A DNA stretch of 64,000 bases from an uncultured Kiritimatiellota bacterium. GTDB lineage: Bacteria; Verrucomicrobiota; Kiritimatiellia; RFP12; DVOR01. Below are positions 45,896-54,468 of the stretch, piece by piece (position 1 is the first letter of the stretch; each line of letters starts with the position of its first letter). Below the pieces are notes generated by a model. That model had not been told where the DNA came from, searched no databases, and saw nothing but the letters and a program-made list of their open reading frames with translations. Position numbers and translations under genes: made by a program. The stretch lies in NCBI GenBank assembly GCA_944391065.1, contig CALXSH010000004.1, positions 2,842 through 66,841 on the forward strand, in the 5' to 3' direction.

Positions 45896-46608
45896 CGGCG
45901 CTGAAGACGCTTCTGATCGCGCAGGCCGTCGCTGCGGCCGGCGGCCTGCTGTTGCCCCGACGCTGGGCCAAATGGATCTGGCTCAGTGTGCTGCCGCTCG
46001 GTCTTGCGACCGTCCTGACGCGTTGGGCTGCGGTCGGTCACCCGCCGATGCGCAATCTCTTTGAGGCCTTTCTCTGGCTGCCGCCGCTGACGGGGCTCTG
46101 CACGGCGCTGACGCGTTGGCGGCGGGCTATCCTGACGCTGCGGACCGACGCGCTGCTGGGGCTGCTGGTCGCCATCCCGCTCGCCTTCGTCTTCGATCCG
46201 GCCGAGGGGATGTTGCCGCCCGCGTTGCAAAGTCCCTTTTTTGTGCCCCATGTGCTGGCCTATATGATTGCTTATGTGCTGATGGCGAGGGGCTGTCTGC
46301 TCTCCCTCTGCCGCGCGCCCGGGGCGGCGGGCGGAAGCATCGGCGTCGGTTTCTTTTTCATGACGGGCGGGCTGGTGCTCGGCTCGGTTTGGGGCAATGA
46401 GGTCTGGGGCAGTTACTGGCAGTGGGACCCAAAGGAGATGTGGGCGCTGGCGACTTGGCTGATTTACTGCGCCTGGTTCTGTGTGCGCGGCGACGGAAAG
46501 CTCAGAACGGCCTTGTCGGTGCTGGGGCTGCTTGCTATCATGCTCACCGTCACCTGGGTCAATCTTTCCCGGTTGTTTGAAGGAGTTCACAGCTATGCCG
46601 GCCTCTGA
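45892..46608 (+). CDS. ccsA: Cytochrome c biogenesis protein CcsA (System II)
   Basis: GHPPMRNLFE, PALQS.FF..HV, WWD motif WGNEVWGSYWQWDPKE.W, C-terminal GVHSYA. Confidence 0.9.
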   Translation: MTALKTLLIAQAVAAAGGLLLPRRWAKWIWLSVLPLGLATVLTRWAAVGHPPMRNLFEAFLWLPPLTGLCTALTRWRRAILTLRTDALLGLLVAIPLAFVFDPAEGMLPPALQSPFFVPHVLAYMIAYVLMARGCLLSLCRAPGAAGGSIGVGFFFMTGGLVLGSVWGNEVWGSYWQWDPKEMWALATWLIYCAWFCVRGDGKLRTALSVLGLLAIMLTVTWVNLSRLFEGVHSYAGL

Positions 46609-47395
46609 TGCGGAACTGAAAGCCTTGGCTGACGTATTGGAGACGGCTGCCGATACGTTGGCCTATCTGCAGGAGACCGGACTGCGTCAGGTGAAGCTTG
46701 ACCCAAAGACCTGGGCCGCCCTGACGGCACCTCTGCCGGCCGCGCCTCAGCTTGCCCCCGCCCCCCCGCCCCAAGCCCTTTCGCGCCGGTCTGTCGCCGC
46801 CGAGGCCACGGCTGCGGTCAGCCAGGCCAAGTTGCGGTATCTGGAGACGATGCGGGCGAATGTCGTGTCCTGCGCGGCCTGTCCGCTGGCGGCGGCGAAC
46901 CGCTGCTTCGGCGGTGGCTCGCCCGAGGCGCCTGTGGCGGTGGTCAACGGCGCCTGTATGGAAGGCCCCGCCGCGCCCGCGGTCGGCTCGCGGCTTGAGG
47001 GACCGGCCGGTGAGCTCTTCGATAAGATGTTTGCGGCCATCGGTCTCACCCGTGCCGATCTCTATATCACGCCCGCGCTGAAGTGCCCCGTGCGGGGCAA
47101 ACCCGATACGAAGGCCATGGTGGCCTGTCAGCGTCATTTGGTGGCCGAACTCCGCACGGTGGCGCCGAAGGCCATCGTCGTCCTGGGGCCCGTCGCGGCC
47201 AAGACTCTCTTCCCGAATGCCTCGGCGGACTGGATGCAGCATCCGGGCCGCTGGACTATGCTTGATAACCGGATCCCGGTGACGGCGCTGCATCATCCGA
47301 TGCGGATTATGTTGCTTGGGGATGCCGTCTCGCGCCAGCTGAAGACCGACAACTGGAAGGCTCTTCAGGCCCTGCGCGACCGTCTGAAAGCCTGA
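46595..47395 (+). CDS. Uracil-DNA glycosylase family 4-like protein with degenerate active site
   Basis: CAACPL, GPAGELFDKMF.AIGL.R..LYIT...KC.....C, IVVLG, HP. The GEAPG motif reads NGACM. Confidence 0.75.
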   Translation: MPASDAELKALADVLETAADTLAYLQETGLRQVKLDPKTWAALTAPLPAAPQLAPAPPPQALSRRSVAAEATAAVSQAKLRYLETMRANVVSCAACPLAAANRCFGGGSPEAPVAVVNGACMEGPAAPAVGSRLEGPAGELFDKMFAAIGLTRADLYITPALKCPVRGKPDTKAMVACQRHLVAELRTVAPKAIVVLGPVAAKTLFPNASADWMQHPGRWTMLDNRIPVTALHHPMRIMLLGDAVSRQLKTDNWKALQALRDRLKA

Positions 47396-47399
47396 ACCC

Positions 47400-48704
47400 A
47401 TGTCGAAACTGATTATCCGCGGCGGCCGACCCATCGGCGGCGTCCACCATGTTCCCGGAAACAAGAATGCTGCGCTGCCGATGTTGGCGGCGGCGCTGAT
47501 GACGCGCGAGCCGGTGACGCTTGAGAATCTCCCTGACATCCGTGACGTCCGCGTCATGGTGGAGGGCCTGAAGGAACTCGGCGTCAAGGTGGAGGGCAGT
47601 GTGGCCGATCACCGGATTACCGTCTGCGCCGCGCGGCTGAAGGCCGATGCGACGGTGTCGGCCTCGGTCTGTTCGCGCATCCGGACCTCTTTTCTCTTCG
47701 CCGCGCCGATGCTGGGCCGGAAGGGACGCATCCGTCTCTGCGCGGCGCCGGGCGGTGACTCCATCGGGCGTCGCCGGCTGGATACGCACATAGAGGGGTT
47801 CGCCGCGCTGGGCGCGAAGTGCCGTATGCGCAAGGGGCGCGGCTGCACCTTCACGGCGGAGAGCCGTCTGAAGGGGACCTATTTCATGCTCGACGAGCCT
47901 TCCGTGATGGCGACGGAGAATCTGCTGATGGCGGCCGTCCTGGCCGAGGGCCGCACCGTGCTTTACAATACGGCCTGTGAGCCGCACATCCGTGACCTTG
48001 GCAACATGCTGATTGCCATGGGGGCCCGCATCGAAGGGCTTGGGACCAACCGCATCACGGTCGATGGCGTGGATCGCCTCGGCGGCGGAACCTTCCGGGT
48101 GAGCGGTGACGCGATTGAGGCGGCCTCCTACATCGTGGCGGCGGCCGTCACGCACGGTGCGCTGACGCTGGAGGGCATTGAGGCCGAGACGATGAAGGTC
48201 GTCGAGCCGGTTTTCCGCAAATTCGGCGTTCGCTGGACCTATGAGGGCGAGCGGACCCTGCGCCTCCCTGCCAAGCAGCGTCTGTGTACGGCCTATGATC
48301 TCGGCGCGGCCATTCCGAAGATTGAGGACGGTCCGTGGCCGATGACGCCGACGGATCTGATGAGCGTGCTGATTGTGCTGGGCACGCAGACACGCGGCAC
48401 GGAGCTTTTCTTCGAAAAGATGTTCGAGAGCCGCCTCTATTTTGTCGATCACCTGATCGGGATGGGCGCCAAGATTGTGCAGTGCGACCCGCACCGCGCG
48501 GTCGTGACCGGTCCGACGAAGCTGCAGGGTGGGGTGGTCTCCAGTCCCGATATCCGCGCGGGTATGGCGCTGATCGTGGCGGCGCTCTGCGCCCGCGGCA
48601 CGACGGTTATTCTCAATGCCGAGAGCATTGACCGCGGGTACGAGCGGATTGAGGCGACGCTGAAGGCATTGGGTGCCGACATCGTCCGCGAAGCCGAGGC
48701 GTAA
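47400..48704 (+). CDS. murA: UDP-N-acetylglucosamine 1-carboxyvinyltransferase (Cys-to-Asp type)
   Basis: GNKNAALP, PGGDSIGRR.LDTH, SVMATEN, EPH, PTD, FESR, DIRAG, IDRGYE. Confidence 0.95.
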   Translation: MSKLIIRGGRPIGGVHHVPGNKNAALPMLAAALMTREPVTLENLPDIRDVRVMVEGLKELGVKVEGSVADHRITVCAARLKADATVSASVCSRIRTSFLFAAPMLGRKGRIRLCAAPGGDSIGRRRLDTHIEGFAALGAKCRMRKGRGCTFTAESRLKGTYFMLDEPSVMATENLLMAAVLAEGRTVLYNTACEPHIRDLGNMLIAMGARIEGLGTNRITVDGVDRLGGGTFRVSGDAIEAASYIVAAAVTHGALTLEGIEAETMKVVEPVFRKFGVRWTYEGERTLRLPAKQRLCTAYDLGAAIPKIEDGPWPMTPTDLMSVLIVLGTQTRGTELFFEKMFESRLYFVDHLIGMGAKIVQCDPHRAVVTGPTKLQGGVVSSPDIRAGMALIVAALCARGTTVILNAESIDRGYERIEATLKALGADIVREAEA

Positions 48705-48709
48705 GCGCC

Positions 48710-50314
48710 TCAGACGACAAACCGGAAGACCGTCGGATCGTGCGGATCCGCGTTGCGCCAGGCGCGTTCCAGCGCCCTGAGCCAGAGTCCCAGAAAGATC
48801 AGTCCGCTTCCCAAAACCAGCGTGCTCAGGTAGCCCGCCGGGACTTCCAGCGTGGCGACGCACCAAGGGCTCCGCGCGACGGCTTCCGCCGTGCCGTGAG
48901 TGAAGCGGAGAATACTGTCCGTGAGCGCGTTCAGGATAGCCGAAACCCAAGGCATCAGGAATCCCGCGAAGGCGCTGATGACACTGAGCCAGACGACGGC
49001 GACGGCCAGTGTCGGGACGAAGAGATTAAGCAGCAATCCGCCAAGGCTGACGCGCCCGAAGAAGTAGAGGGAGAGCGGCAGTGTGGCGACCCAGGCCGAG
49101 AGGGTCAGGGCAAGAACGGCCGCGACCGACCGGCGCAGACGAACGTGGAGGGGTGTTTTGCGCGGGAGGTCGCCGAGGGCATTGCGCTGTGGGTGGGAGC
49201 GCAGGAGGCGGTTGGTGAAGTAATTGAGGGGGGAATAGAAGAGGAGGATGCCGCCGATGGCGGAGAAGGAGAGCAGGGCGCCGATGTGACTGATCCATTC
49301 GGGCGCGAAAATCATGCAGCTGGCCAACGTGACGAAGAAGGCCGTGGTGGTGTCGGGTTTGCGCATGAAGCAGGGCGCGAAGCAGTAGATGCCCGCCATG
49401 GCACAGGCGCGGGTGGCGGAGGGCGGCACACCGGTCATGAAGAGGTAGGCTACCAGCGCGGGAATCAGCACAGCCCAGCGGGAGCGGAGAAAGAGCCCGC
49501 TCCAGGCTACCAGCCACGCCAGGATACCGACAATGATACCGACGTGGAGCCCGGAGATGGAGTAGATGTGGATGATGCCGGTGTCGGAGTAGAGTTGGCG
49601 TTCCTCGTAGGGCAGTTTCCGGAAGGCCCCGATGGTCATGGACTGGGCTCTTAGCGCGGCCTCCTCGCTGACGCCGATGCGCAGATTGCGGGCCAGGGCC
49701 TCGCGGACTTTGGCCATCATTCGACGGAAGAAAGAGAGGGTGGGGGCGTCCAAAACGCGCTCCGAACTCTCCCGGCGCATGGAGACCGAGGCGGAGTGGG
49801 GATAACGGCCCAGGTGAAAGGAGGCTTCCCCCTCCCACGTCTCACCGATCTGCGGAAAGTCTCCGCCGAAGTCGTAGAAGCTGACGGTCAGATTGACGCC
49901 TTCGAGGCGGTGACCATCTTCCAGCCAGGCGTCTTCCGCACGGAAGCGGCAGTAGGGAACGGTGTTTTTGCGGGGGACGATGCGGTATTCGTCGGAGACC
50001 AGGACGCGCAGCCGGGTCTTGTTGCCGGTCAGGATGTCGAGACGGGCCGAGGTCTCCTCGTGGCGGACACGGGTGACGGCGGCGTTCCAGCCGGCCAAGG
50101 CGACGCAGAGAAGGGCCATCGGCAGCAACCGCCGCGGAAAGGACCACATAGGCAGCAGAAAGAAGGTTGCGGCCAGAAGCCAGGCGAACGGCGCGCCGGC
50201 GGTGAAGCCGGCGGCCGTGCCGCAGACAATCAGAAAGGTCCACCCTACAATCGGCCGACGGAGACACGGAGCGGTTTCCGGATCGGTAAGCAGCCGCAGC
50301 GGGGAGCGGATCAT
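48710..50314 (-). CDS. comEC: ComEC/Rec2 competence protein (no C-terminal MBL domain)
   Basis: TGIIHIYSISGLHVG, TG.PPSATRA..M, G.LLSF, TLP...YFFG. Confidence 0.85.
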   Translation of the reverse strand: MIRSPLRLLTDPETAPCLRRPIVGWTFLIVCGTAAGFTAGAPFAWLLAATFFLLPMWSFPRRLLPMALLCVALAGWNAAVTRVRHEETSARLDILTGNKTRLRVLVSDEYRIVPRKNTVPYCRFRAEDAWLEDGHRLEGVNLTVSFYDFGGDFPQIGETWEGEASFHLGRYPHSASVSMRRESSERVLDAPTLSFFRRMMAKVREALARNLRIGVSEEAALRAQSMTIGAFRKLPYEERQLYSDTGIIHIYSISGLHVGIIVGILAWLVAWSGLFLRSRWAVLIPALVAYLFMTGVPPSATRACAMAGIYCFAPCFMRKPDTTTAFFVTLASCMIFAPEWISHIGALLSFSAIGGILLFYSPLNYFTNRLLRSHPQRNALGDLPRKTPLHVRLRRSVAAVLALTLSAWVATLPLSLYFFGRVSLGGLLLNLFVPTLAVAVVWLSVISAFAGFLMPWVSAILNALTDSILRFTHGTAEAVARSPWCVATLEVPAGYLSTLVLGSGLIFLGLWLRALERAWRNADPHDPTVFRFVV

Positions 50315-50326
50315 GTCATCGCGGGA

Positions 50327-51220
50327 TTATCTCGGGGCAAGGGCGCGGGCGGCATAGGGGTCGGCCTCCGCGTTGCGGCGCAGCGCGTCGAGGACGGTGT
50401 CCTCGCCGCAGCCGAAGTAGGCGGCGAACTGGGCCGGCGTCAGCGGGTGACGGCGGGCCAGGGCAAGCAGGGCGGCTTCGCTGTAGGGTTCGTGACAGGC
50501 GGAGCCGGAGGCCTTCTCAGGTGGCGCGATGGAAGCAAAGAGAGCCTGGAGGTGGTGGAGTTCGTCCTCGGGTACGGCACGGACCGAACCGTACGCGGGC
50601 GGGCGGACAGCGTGGTTGACGGTGACGCTGGAGGGCGAGAGACCCTCGATCAGGCGATAAATCCTGTTGAGGTCCTCTTCCCGGTCATTGATGCCGGGCA
50701 GCGCGAAGAATTCGATGTCCAGGGCGCCTCTGTAGTCCTTCCGAAATTCCTGCCAGCCGCGGTAGACGGCGTCAAAGGTCAGTGAGGGGTGGGGACGGAC
50801 AACGGTTCTGAAAGAGGCTTCGTCCCAGAAATGCAGGGAGATTTTGACATGTGAGGCCAGCGCGGCATCCGCGCGGACCTCGGGGTCGGCGAAGAGCGCG
50901 CCGTTGCTCATCAGCAGGGAGGGCAGCGCCGTGTTGTCGCGGATCCACCGCAACACCTGCCCGAAATGTCTGTGCAGGGTCGGTTCGCCCGAACCGCAGA
51001 GCGTCAGGATGTCAACCGGTTCACCCTTGGCCAGCCAAGCCTGAAGTTCGGCGATGACGGCGTAGAGCGGGACATAATCGGTCCGCTCACAGGTGACATG
51101 AGGGGTTCTGCCGAGCTGGCAGAAGAGACAGTCGTAGCAGCAGGTCTTCATCGGCACCAGATCGATGCCGAGACTCCGCCCGTAGCGGCGGGAGGGGACC
51201 GGTCCGAAAAGAAAGCCCAT
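50327..51220 (-). CDS. Radical SAM protein
   Basis: FGPVPSRRYGRSLGIDL..KTCCYDCLFCQLG, GSGEPTL. Confidence 0.88.
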   Translation of the reverse strand: MGFLFGPVPSRRYGRSLGIDLVPMKTCCYDCLFCQLGRTPHVTCERTDYVPLYAVIAELQAWLAKGEPVDILTLCGSGEPTLHRHFGQVLRWIRDNTALPSLLMSNGALFADPEVRADAALASHVKISLHFWDEASFRTVVRPHPSLTFDAVYRGWQEFRKDYRGALDIEFFALPGINDREEDLNRIYRLIEGLSPSSVTVNHAVRPPAYGSVRAVPEDELHHLQALFASIAPPEKASGSACHEPYSEAALLALARRHPLTPAQFAAYFGCGEDTVLDALRRNAEADPYAARALAPR

Positions 51221-51221
51221 C

Positions 51222-51719
51222 TCAGTCCTCGAAGTGCAGCACCATGGCGATTTCGGGGCAGACGAAGGGATTGGTGTGCTTCGTGCAGTAAATGCAGCCG
51301 CGGTAGATCTTGTGGATGATCTTGGTCTTCTCGATCGGGCGGAAGCCGAGCTTGCCGAAGAATTCGGGCTCAAAGGTCAGAACCAACGCCTGCGCGGGAC
51401 GGAATCCGGAGATGCGCTGCAGGACGAAGGAAATCAGACGGCGCCCGATGCCGTGGCCGCGGTAGGCGGCGTTGACGGCGACGGACTGCAGTTCGACCGT
51501 GGCGCCCTCGGGACAGCCGATTTCCGGCAGAATCTGCCAGCAGGCGCAGGCGACGAGCTCATGGCCGCGGACGCCGACCGTGAAACGGTCGATGTTCTCG
51601 ACGATGTTGTTCACGGGGCGCATCAGCAGCTCGTGCGGGTAGGCCTGGATCAGGCGATGAATGGGCAGGACATCGGCAAGCGTGGCCCGCCGGATAACGA
51701 TTTCATCATCCATCGGCAT
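51222..51719 (-). CDS. GNAT N-acetyltransferase (short ArgA-like)
   Basis: ELQSVAV..YRGHGIG, LTF..EFF.KLGF, KI...C..C.....C.E.AM. Confidence 0.8.
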   Translation of the reverse strand: MPMDDEIVIRRATLADVLPIHRLIQAYPHELLMRPVNNIVENIDRFTVGVRGHELVACACWQILPEIGCPEGATVELQSVAVNAAYRGHGIGRRLISFVLQRISGFRPAQALVLTFEPEFFGKLGFRPIEKTKIIHKIYRGCIYCTKHTNPFVCPEIAMVLHFED

Positions 51720-51722
51720 GGA

Positions 51723-52394
51723 TTACTCTCCGGCAAAGTTGTCAATCTTCTCGGACGTTCCGAAAATCAGCAGGCGGTCATCGCTGCGGATGTGGGTGTC
51801 CGCCCGGGGAATGACCAATTGGCGCGGTGCGGCGGGATCGGCATCGTCGATTCGGCGGATGGCCAGAATGGTGACGTCGTACACTTTGCGCACCTCCGCT
51901 TCGGCAAGGGTCTTGTCGAAGAGCGCCTCGGGCGCCTGCACCTCGGCGGCGCAGAGACCGTCGGCGATGTCGAAGAGGTCGACCTGGTTGAGCGTCAGCA
52001 GGGAGCGCGACAGGCGTTGGGCGCGGTCACGGTTGGGGTTGATCACGACATCGGCGCCGACACGGCGCAGGACGCGGCCGTGCACCTCCGTCGAGGCTTT
52101 GGCCACGACGGTACGGATGCCCAGGTCTTTGCAGTTGACTGTGGCCATGACGCTGCCTTCGATGTTTTCGCCGATGGCCACGACGACGGTGTCGCAGGTG
52201 GCGAATCCGGCTTCCTCAAGGGCATGGATGTTGGTGGCGTCGCCTTCGGCAACCTTGGAGACGTATTCCGACAGCTCTTGAATCTTCCGGCGGTTGGTAT
52301 CCATCAGCAGGATTTCGGTCCCCTGCGCGGCCAGCGCCTGCACAAGGGCTTCCCCGAAACGGCCCGCTCCGATAATGCCTATGCGTTTAGTCAT
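51723..52394 (-). CDS. ktrA: KtrA/TrkA potassium uptake RCK subunit
   Basis: IIGAGRFG, GDAT, VVAKA...H.RVL..VGAD, TrkA_C domain. Confidence 0.88.
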   Translation of the reverse strand: MTKRIGIIGAGRFGEALVQALAAQGTEILLMDTNRRKIQELSEYVSKVAEGDATNIHALEEAGFATCDTVVVAIGENIEGSVMATVNCKDLGIRTVVAKASTEVHGRVLRRVGADVVINPNRDRAQRLSRSLLTLNQVDLFDIADGLCAAEVQAPEALFDKTLAEAEVRKVYDVTILAIRRIDDADPAAPRQLVIPRADTHIRSDDRLLIFGTSEKIDNFAGE

Positions 52395-52443
52395 GATGGG
52401 AGGACTCTACCATAAAGTGCCGTCTTTATGCTAGTCTATCGGC

Positions 52444-53289
52444 ATGAAAAGCTGTCTTGCCTTCTTCCTTCTGGGACTCGCGGCGGTGACGCTCCCGGCG
52501 CAGGATCTGAATGAACGTTATCTGGTGGATTTCTACGGCATTGAGATCCCGCCGGACGGCGCGCATGTCCTGATTGTTGCAGACCGCTCTAAATCGATGA
52601 ACGTCAAGGATATCGGCCGCGATGACGGCGGAACGCGCTGGATGACGCTGATCCGTGAGGTCACCGATATGGTCAGCCAGATGGAGGCCATCCTGAAGAC
52701 GCGGCCCGTGCGCTACACCGTGACCATGCTCTATGAGGGTGGCGGCGACCATGTCGGCACTGCAGCCTACAACCTTCGCGTGAGGGGCGCGGGCGAACGG
52801 CTTGTCACCGATATTACCGCCGAGCGGCCTGGCGCCGGCGGCAATTTCGAGAAGACCTTCGGCGAGCATCTTTGGCCGCTGGTGGCGCGCGATTCGATTA
52901 CCCATATCTTCTTTCTCGGCGACACCGATATCGACCGTCAGGAGTCCGAGGTCATCGATGCCGTATCGGCCTGGTACGCGTTGCCGACCGTTATCCGTAT
53001 GCCGCAGCGCAAGGGCGCAAAGCGCAAAGTCCAATCCGAGCCGATTGCCTACGGACAGCGCGAACTTTATGCTTTGAAGAAGCGCTGGGGCTCGCTCTGG
53101 GACCACTACCGCGGGCCGAAGCGCTCCGGGCGCGCCATCCCGCCGCCTGTCGAAGAGGTCGTCTTCAATTGTATTACCATCGGCAGGGAATCGACTGCCC
53201 AGAACCGCTTGGCCGAACTCGGCGGCGGACAATGCGTGCGCGTCTCGGCAAAGAAGGGCCGGAAGCGCGCCGACGGCGGTGACGAGTGA
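52444..53289 (+). CDS. Secreted vWA-like hypothetical protein
   Basis: Signal peptide; FYGI, VADRSKSM (DxSxS), IFFLGD, LAELGGG. Confidence 0.6.
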   Translation: MKSCLAFFLLGLAAVTLPAQDLNERYLVDFYGIEIPPDGAHVLIVADRSKSMNVKDIGRDDGGTRWMTLIREVTDMVSQMEAILKTRPVRYTVTMLYEGGGDHVGTAAYNLRVRGAGERLVTDITAERPGAGGNFEKTFGEHLWPLVARDSITHIFFLGDTDIDRQESEVIDAVSAWYALPTVIRMPQRKGAKRKVQSEPIAYGQRELYALKKRWGSLWDHYRGPKRSGRAIPPPVEEVVFNCITIGRESTAQNRLAELGGGQCVRVSAKKGRKRADGGDE

Positions 53290-53310
53290 GCCCGATTCGG
53301 ATAGACTGCG

Positions 53311-54468
53311 ATGGCCGGGCACTTCCGCATAATACTCCTGCAATCCCTGATCCTGACGCTGATTCTGACCGTCGGGGTCTTGGCCCGGGCGTACCGTCTC
53401 AACGTCGGCCCGCCGGAACCCGCGGAGTCCGAGCATATCATGATCGTCGCGGAGGCGGCCGACAGCGTCGAGGAGCTTGTCTGCGTGCGGCATAACCGGA
53501 CGCTTTTCCATGAACTCTCCGGCATCTGCGTCCGTTTCATGGGCAACGGCGACTGGTCTGTGCCGATCGGTTACTACCGCCTGGTGCCGTTGACGGCCTC
53601 CGCCCTGACCCTCTTCCTCGTTCTGGGACTCGGCCTCCACCGGCGCGGCGGGCTGATGGGGACGCCCGATGCCGTCCTTTGGGGGACGGCCCTGCTGGCC
53701 GTGGCACCGGGATTGGCGGCCTCAGCCTGGTTTTTCACGCCGGACAGCCTGCAGATTCTGTTTTTCGGCGGCTTGCTGCTGACGATGCGCTCCTACGCGC
53801 AGTGGCCGGGAAGCGTCTCTGCGGCGCTCTTTGGTGTGCTGGCGGTGCTGCTCGCGGCCGTGACGCCGGACGCGCTCTGGACGCTGATTGTCTTGGTGCC
53901 GGCGATTTTCATCGGTGTCGGTTGGCGTCGGATATGCCTCTATTGGCGGACGTGGCATGCCGTGCTGACCTTGGGCTGCGCGGGCGCGCTCTTTTTCGTG
54001 CTTTGGCGCGTTGGGGTGGCTTCGTTGCCGGAGGTTCCCCGCGTGCCGACGGCCTTCCTGCGGGAACTTGCGGACCGCATCGTCGTGGATGGCCTGTGCG
54101 GGTTGGCCTTCGTGGCCTGGGGTTGGGTCGCCGTCTGGGCCTTTCTGGGGACGGACCGCCGCTTTGCCCGGGTCATTGCCCTGCTCTTCCTCTTCTCTTT
54201 CTGGGCCTCCTTCTTCTTTGAGGGTGGGGGACCCTTCGCGGTGCAGCTGGCCGTGCTCTCCCCGCTGGTGCTGGCCGTCGCGCTGTCTACGCTGCCCTCC
54301 GTCATTCTCCGCTGGGCGGTCGGACATCTTGTGCTGGCCATGGTCACGGCCATGCTGCTCTGCACCGTCGTGAAACAGATCGGGGCGGACCATGACCGCA
54401 ATCTGCCGTTGCTGCGTGCCGCCGAATCATCCTTGGACGAGAGGACCTCCGCCGATGAGCCTTATTGA
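53311..54468 (+). CDS. Polytopic membrane protein, distant GT-C/PMT-like
   Basis: About 10 TMs; R..L...P....E loop, RLVP, LLAVAP motifs. Confidence 0.5.
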   Translation: MAGHFRIILLQSLILTLILTVGVLARAYRLNVGPPEPAESEHIMIVAEAADSVEELVCVRHNRTLFHELSGICVRFMGNGDWSVPIGYYRLVPLTASALTLFLVLGLGLHRRGGLMGTPDAVLWGTALLAVAPGLAASAWFFTPDSLQILFFGGLLLTMRSYAQWPGSVSAALFGVLAVLLAAVTPDALWTLIVLVPAIFIGVGWRRICLYWRTWHAVLTLGCAGALFFVLWRVGVASLPEVPRVPTAFLRELADRIVVDGLCGLAFVAWGWVAVWAFLGTDRRFARVIALLFLFSFWASFFFEGGGPFAVQLAVLSPLVLAVALSTLPSVILRWAVGHLVLAMVTAMLLCTVVKQIGADHDRNLPLLRAAESSLDERTSADEPY

